From NCBI GenBank assembly GCA_963805085.1, contig CAWDTA010000002.1, positions 2,048,001-2,112,000 on the forward strand: DNA of 64,000 bases, in the 5' to 3' direction. Position numbers and translations under genes: made by a program. The notes under the pieces are model-generated. The model saw nothing but the letters and a program-made list of their open reading frames with translations. It was not told the origin of the DNA and ran no database searches. Of the stretch, positions 60,062-64,000 are shown one piece after another. The first letter of the stretch is position 1; the number at the start of each line of letters is the position of its first letter. This stretch comes from an uncultured Veillonellaceae bacterium. Its GTDB lineage: Bacteria; Bacillota; Negativicutes; JARBTT01.

Positions 60062-60910
60062 ATGACTTATGTAAAAAATGCAACCAATACATTAAAAAAA
60101 GTTTTGTTATGTCCACCCACGTATTTTGAATTTGAACCCATCAATGTGATTACTGAGGATTGGCTAAAGAAGGGTGAAATGGTCAATAAGGTGGAATGCC
60201 TGCGTGAGCATGCAGATTTTGTACAGGCGTATCAAGAAAACGGCGTAGAAGTCGTTCTGATGGATCCGACACCGGGACTTACCTACGAAGTTTTTGCCAG
60301 GGATTTTGGTGGATGTGTTGACGAAGGGTATATTATGGGGAAATTTAGAGAGCCTTGCCGCGATGGAGAAACAGCAAAATATGAAGCGAAGATGAAAGAA
60401 TTGGGAATACCGGTCATTGCACGTTGTACAGCAGGTGCCTTTGAAGGTGGAGATTTCTGGATGCTAGATGAATATACAATTGCGCATGGTATTATTGCCA
60501 GAACCGACCAAGATGGTTATGATAATGTGGCTCGTCAAATGCAGGAATTGGGCTATAACATGGTGGGAATTCCGTGTCATCGGGAAAATTTGCATTTAGA
60601 TATGTGCTTTAATATTGTCGCAGATAAAGTGGCGGTAGTGTGTAAAGCGGCTTTACCGGACTTTTTCTTAAAAATGTTAGAAAAACGAAAGTTTACTCTA
60701 ATTGATGTACCGCAGGAAGGGGTTTTTCGTCATTACTGTAATTTGCAGTCATTAGGTGACGATAGGGTAATTTCTTTTACCAATAATAAGCTTGTCAATG
60801 AAAAGATGCATTCGCTTGGGTTAACAGTCATTGCCATTGAACTTGTGGAAATTCTCAAAGGCGGAGGCGGACCGCATTGTATGACCTTCCCGTTGCAAAG
60901 AGCAGAATAA
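60062..60910 (+). CDS. Pentein (DDAH/amidinotransferase/deiminase) family enzyme
   Basis: VFARD, FEGGD, LHLDMCF and GGGGPHCMT catalytic motifs. Confidence 0.9.
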   Translation: MTYVKNATNTLKKVLLCPPTYFEFEPINVITEDWLKKGEMVNKVECLREHADFVQAYQENGVEVVLMDPTPGLTYEVFARDFGGCVDEGYIMGKFREPCRDGETAKYEAKMKELGIPVIARCTAGAFEGGDFWMLDEYTIAHGIIARTDQDGYDNVARQMQELGYNMVGIPCHRENLHLDMCFNIVADKVAVVCKAALPDFFLKMLEKRKFTLIDVPQEGVFRHYCNLQSLGDDRVISFTNNKLVNEKMHSLGLTVIAIELVEILKGGGGPHCMTFPLQRAE

Positions 60911-60932
60911 TATAGTTTCGTATCGAATGATT

Positions 60933-60978
60933 AGGCAAAGGCGCTTAAAAAAATTTAAGCTGCTTTTTGCCTTTTTTT
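60933..60978 (+). terminator. Intra-operon terminator overlapping a second ANTAR-like hairpin
   Basis: GGC-AAAGGC-GCT within AGGCAAAGGCGCTTAAA..TTTAAGCTGCTTTTTGCCTTTTTTT. Confidence 0.55.
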
Positions 60979-61055
60979 AATAAATATGTGGCTCTACCAG
61001 GAGAAGTAAAGCGGTTATCCGCAGCGTCATGAAATGCCATGCAGGGGGAGAAAGA

Positions 61056-61850
61056 ATGAAAAATGATTTTAGATTGCGTCAAGATATCTGCAAGCAGACA
61101 TATTTTCTAATTACGGTTGCCACCTTTGCCTTTATCATTGGCTGTTGGACACTGGCTACGGTCAGTGGAATGGTAAAACCCATGTTTTTGCCGCAACTTT
61201 CTAGTGTCTTTATTAATATTATTGAAGGAATTAAGGACAACAGTCTATGTGAGAATGCAGCGGTCAGTATTTATCGTGTTACGATGGGATTTTTGGCAGC
61301 GGCAGCTTTAGGTATACCGCTAGGCATTTTATGTGGTTCATTTAAAAAAGTCGAAGCGGTAATCGGACCATTGTGTGAATTTATCCGTTACATGCCAGTA
61401 CCAGCATTCGTTCCTTTAGTCATGGTTTGGGCGGGGATTGATGAAGTGGCTAAGATTGTCGTGGTGTTTATTGGAACATTTTTTCAAATGGCTTTAATGA
61501 TTGCCGATGATGCTAGGTCGGTGCCAGAAGATTTGCTATCAGCGAGTTATACACTGGGGACAAAACGCTGGAGTACTATTTTTAAAGTTTTGATTCCGGC
61601 GATGGGACCTAGAATTATGCTTACATTACGGATTACGATTGGCTGGGCATGGACATATTTGGTTGTTGCCGAACTGGTGGCTTCAAATTCTGGTCTTGGT
61701 TATACGATTTTGAGGGCGCAACGCTTTTTCAATACAGATGCTATTTTTGCCGGTATTTTGATTATTGGGATATTGGGATTGATTACTGATAGGCTGTTTG
61801 CAATAACCATCAAAAAAATGTTTCCATGGGATGAAAGGAGCAGTTCATGA
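61056..61850 (+). CDS. ABC transporter permease (TauC/SsuC type)
   Basis: EFIRYMPVPAFVPL and WTYLVVAELV..GLGY motifs. Confidence 0.92.
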   Translation: MKNDFRLRQDICKQTYFLITVATFAFIIGCWTLATVSGMVKPMFLPQLSSVFINIIEGIKDNSLCENAAVSIYRVTMGFLAAAALGIPLGILCGSFKKVEAVIGPLCEFIRYMPVPAFVPLVMVWAGIDEVAKIVVVFIGTFFQMALMIADDARSVPEDLLSASYTLGTKRWSTIFKVLIPAMGPRIMLTLRITIGWAWTYLVVAELVASNSGLGYTILRAQRFFNTDAIFAGILIIGILGLITDRLFAITIKKMFPWDERSSS

Positions 61851-62677
61851 TGGAGATACAACCAGAGTGTGCTGTTCAACAGACTACTGCATTAGAAGAA
61901 AGTGCGGCAAAAAGTAAGATTAGGCTTTGCAATATTGACAAGGTATATAAAACGAAAAAAACAACGTTTACGGCGATCAAGGATGTAACTATAAATATTG
62001 AGGATAATGATTTTGTCTGCATTATTGGTCCATCTGGCTGCGGAAAGTCTACTTTACTGCACATGCTTGCCGGGCTTGATTTTCCAACTCAAGGCGAGAT
62101 TCTGATTAATAATCAGCGGGTAACCTGCCCAGGGGCTGATCGTGGTATGGTTTTTCAAACATACACGCTTTTTCCGTGGATGACTGTCGAAGAAAATATA
62201 AAATTTGGCTTAAAGCTAAAGAAAATGCCAGTTGATCAGATGAATGAAATCGTGGATAAATATCTGCAAAGTATTCAACTAACTAAATTTCGTCATAGTT
62301 ATCCACGAGAGCTATCGGGTGGGATGAAGCAACGCGTAGCCATAGCCCGGGCGCTGGCCAATCAGCCAGAAGTGCTCTTGATGGACGAACCCTTCGGGGC
62401 GCTAGATCAGCATACGAAAAGCAATATGCAATTATTGCTGCGTGAAATTTGGCAGAAAGAACGACCAACCATTATATTTGTAACGCATGATATCGATGAA
62501 GCTGTGTTTCTAGCGAATAAAATTTTTGTAATGGTAACGCACCCTGGCACGCTTAAACAAGTTGTCAATGTTGAGATGGGGCAAAACCGTAGTTTGGACA
62601 TAAAAGATACCATGGAATTTATTAATTTCCGTAAATATATTAATCAATTGTTATATGCTGAGAGTGCAGGAGAATAA
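61847..62677 (+). CDS. ABC transporter ATP-binding protein (TauB/SsuB type)
   Basis: GPSGCGKST, LSGGMKQR and MDEPFGALD motifs. Confidence 0.95.
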   Translation: MMEIQPECAVQQTTALEESAAKSKIRLCNIDKVYKTKKTTFTAIKDVTINIEDNDFVCIIGPSGCGKSTLLHMLAGLDFPTQGEILINNQRVTCPGADRGMVFQTYTLFPWMTVEENIKFGLKLKKMPVDQMNEIVDKYLQSIQLTKFRHSYPRELSGGMKQRVAIARALANQPEVLLMDEPFGALDQHTKSNMQLLLREIWQKERPTIIFVTHDIDEAVFLANKIFVMVTHPGTLKQVVNVEMGQNRSLDIKDTMEFINFRKYINQLLYAESAGE

Positions 62678-62707
62678 AACAATTAAAAAAATGAGGGGGA
62701 AATAGTT

Positions 62708-63724
62708 ATGAGTAAGAAAAATATAATGAGTTTCTTGTTAGCTGGGTTACTTCTGACATTTTTAGTTTCAGGTTGTGGTGGAGCAAAATCTGCGGAAAAA
62801 GCTGAAAACTCGAAAGAACCTATGAAAGTAAGGATTGGTTTTACATCCTGGCCGACGAATATGCTCGCTTATGTTGCACAAGAAAAGGGGATATTTCAGA
62901 AAAATGGCTTGGAGGTCTCTCTGAAAGAATTTCCTTCTACTACGGAAAGCAGTAACGCATTTTTATCGGGAAATTTGGATATGTGTACGTATCCAGCTCC
63001 AGATACCATTCCACCAGTAAGTGAAGGAGCTAAATTCAAAGTCATTATGATGACAGATAAATCTCTAGGATCAGATGGTCTAGTGTCTAAACCAGAAATC
63101 CAAAGTATTAAGGATCTAAAAGGCAAGACAATAGCGACTCAGCTTTACAGCGTAGATCATATGTATTTACTGACTTTGCTTGATAATGCCGGAATGTCGG
63201 CAGATGATGTAAAAATTGTGGATATGAGTATGGCGGATGCTGGCAATGCTTTTTTGGCAGGTAAAGTGGATGCTGCTTCTATTTGGGAACCTTATTTAGG
63301 TAAAGCTGTAAATGGTGGTGGAAAACTATTATATTCCACTAAGGATAATCCAGATTTGATTACCGATTGTATTGCTGCTTCAGCAGATATGATCAAAGAG
63401 CATCCAGAGACTGTTACAGCTTTTGTGAAAAGTTGGAATGAAACCGTATTATATTGGCAAAGCAATCGTGATGAAGTAGAAGCTATTATGGCCAAAAAGA
63501 TGAATGTTTCACCCAAAGAATGTCATGAGATGATGGATACATTGGTTATTACAACGGCTAAAGATAGCATTGCAGGTTTTACTAAGGCAGACAAGGCTAC
63601 GTATTGGGGATATACACAACAGAAAATTGCTTCCTTCCTAAAGGATTTGAAAGTAATCAAAAAAGATGTTGATGCTGCTACAATTATTGATGATACTTTT
63701 GTAAAAAAAGTGGCTAATGAATAA
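62708..63724 (+). CDS. ABC substrate-binding lipoprotein (SsuA/NMT1 type)
   Basis: Lipobox VSGC; DKSLGSDG and WEPYL motifs. Confidence 0.9.
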   Translation: MSKKNIMSFLLAGLLLTFLVSGCGGAKSAEKAENSKEPMKVRIGFTSWPTNMLAYVAQEKGIFQKNGLEVSLKEFPSTTESSNAFLSGNLDMCTYPAPDTIPPVSEGAKFKVIMMTDKSLGSDGLVSKPEIQSIKDLKGKTIATQLYSVDHMYLLTLLDNAGMSADDVKIVDMSMADAGNAFLAGKVDAASIWEPYLGKAVNGGGKLLYSTKDNPDLITDCIAASADMIKEHPETVTAFVKSWNETVLYWQSNRDEVEAIMAKKMNVSPKECHEMMDTLVITTAKDSIAGFTKADKATYWGYTQQKIASFLKDLKVIKKDVDAATIIDDTFVKKVANE

Positions 63725-63820
63725 TAAAAATAGCTCTGGCTGTTGGCAAGAAAATTTATAGACAAGCTGTCAGAGCACCTATATTCATCGTTGTGGAGTT
63801 TCAAGAAAAGAGGTTTTCTT

Positions 63821-64000
63821 ATGGAGTTTGATTTGCAGCAGGCGGCAAGAACAGTGATCAGTGAGTTAAGAGAATTAGCTCAGCTTACCTCGAATGAAGA
63901 TGGGGCGCAACGGGTAGCCTGGACGCCTATATGGGATCGGTCTGTAGAATGGTTTAAAGGAAAAATGAAGGCAGAAGGTGCAGAAATATTTATTGATGCG
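63821..64000 (+). CDS. M20 Zn hydrolase (N-carbamoyl-amino acid/allantoate amidohydrolase type), truncated by the window end
   Basis: MEFDLQQAARTVISELRELAQLTSNEDGAQRVAWTP..DA; RBS GAGG. Confidence 0.7.
   Translation, partial: MEFDLQQAARTVISELRELAQLTSNEDGAQRVAWTPIWDRSVEWFKGKMKAEGAEIFIDA

Noticed and set aside
305-63804. Numerous 60-215 aa ORFs overlapping called genes on the opposite strand or in another frame (e.g. 305-550, 5616-6044, 16571-17218, 31551-31865)
   Set aside because: They are shadow ORFs with no RBS or family motifs, nested in well-supported CDSs.

Overview
AT-rich accessory region from a spore-forming anaerobic Firmicute. A Sporomusaceae/Pelosinus-like origin is a tentative guess from gene content. 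I saw no rRNA, tRNA or CRISPR array. The window is a mosaic of unrelated cargo blocks: a 10-gene putative nucleoside/sugar-phosphate biosynthetic cluster (GT2, class II aldolase, MazG-like, short HisG, GlpX-like, split transketolase, divergent PurM, histidine phosphatase), an electron-confurcating lactate operon, a nitroreductase, a GT39, mazEF, oleate hydratase, yicIJ, spore genes, c-di-GMP enzymes and a probably ANTAR-controlled guanidino-compound uptake/catabolism operon. The most striking unexplained structure is the scaffold between these blocks. About 14 copies of a ~28-bp imperfect palindrome (TAGAC-wAAG-TGACGGTTCT-CTTT-GTCTA) sit at cargo borders, sometimes exactly at gene truncation points. 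They are interleaved with a repeated module: palindrome, 60-bp hairpin, swappable repressor, divergent conserved 97-aa ORF, then often a toxin-antitoxin locus. Copies of the module look more decayed from left to right, which suggests a polarised, integron-like gene-accumulation array with no recombinase in view. All calls come from reading the sequence and ORF track by eye; no database searches were run.
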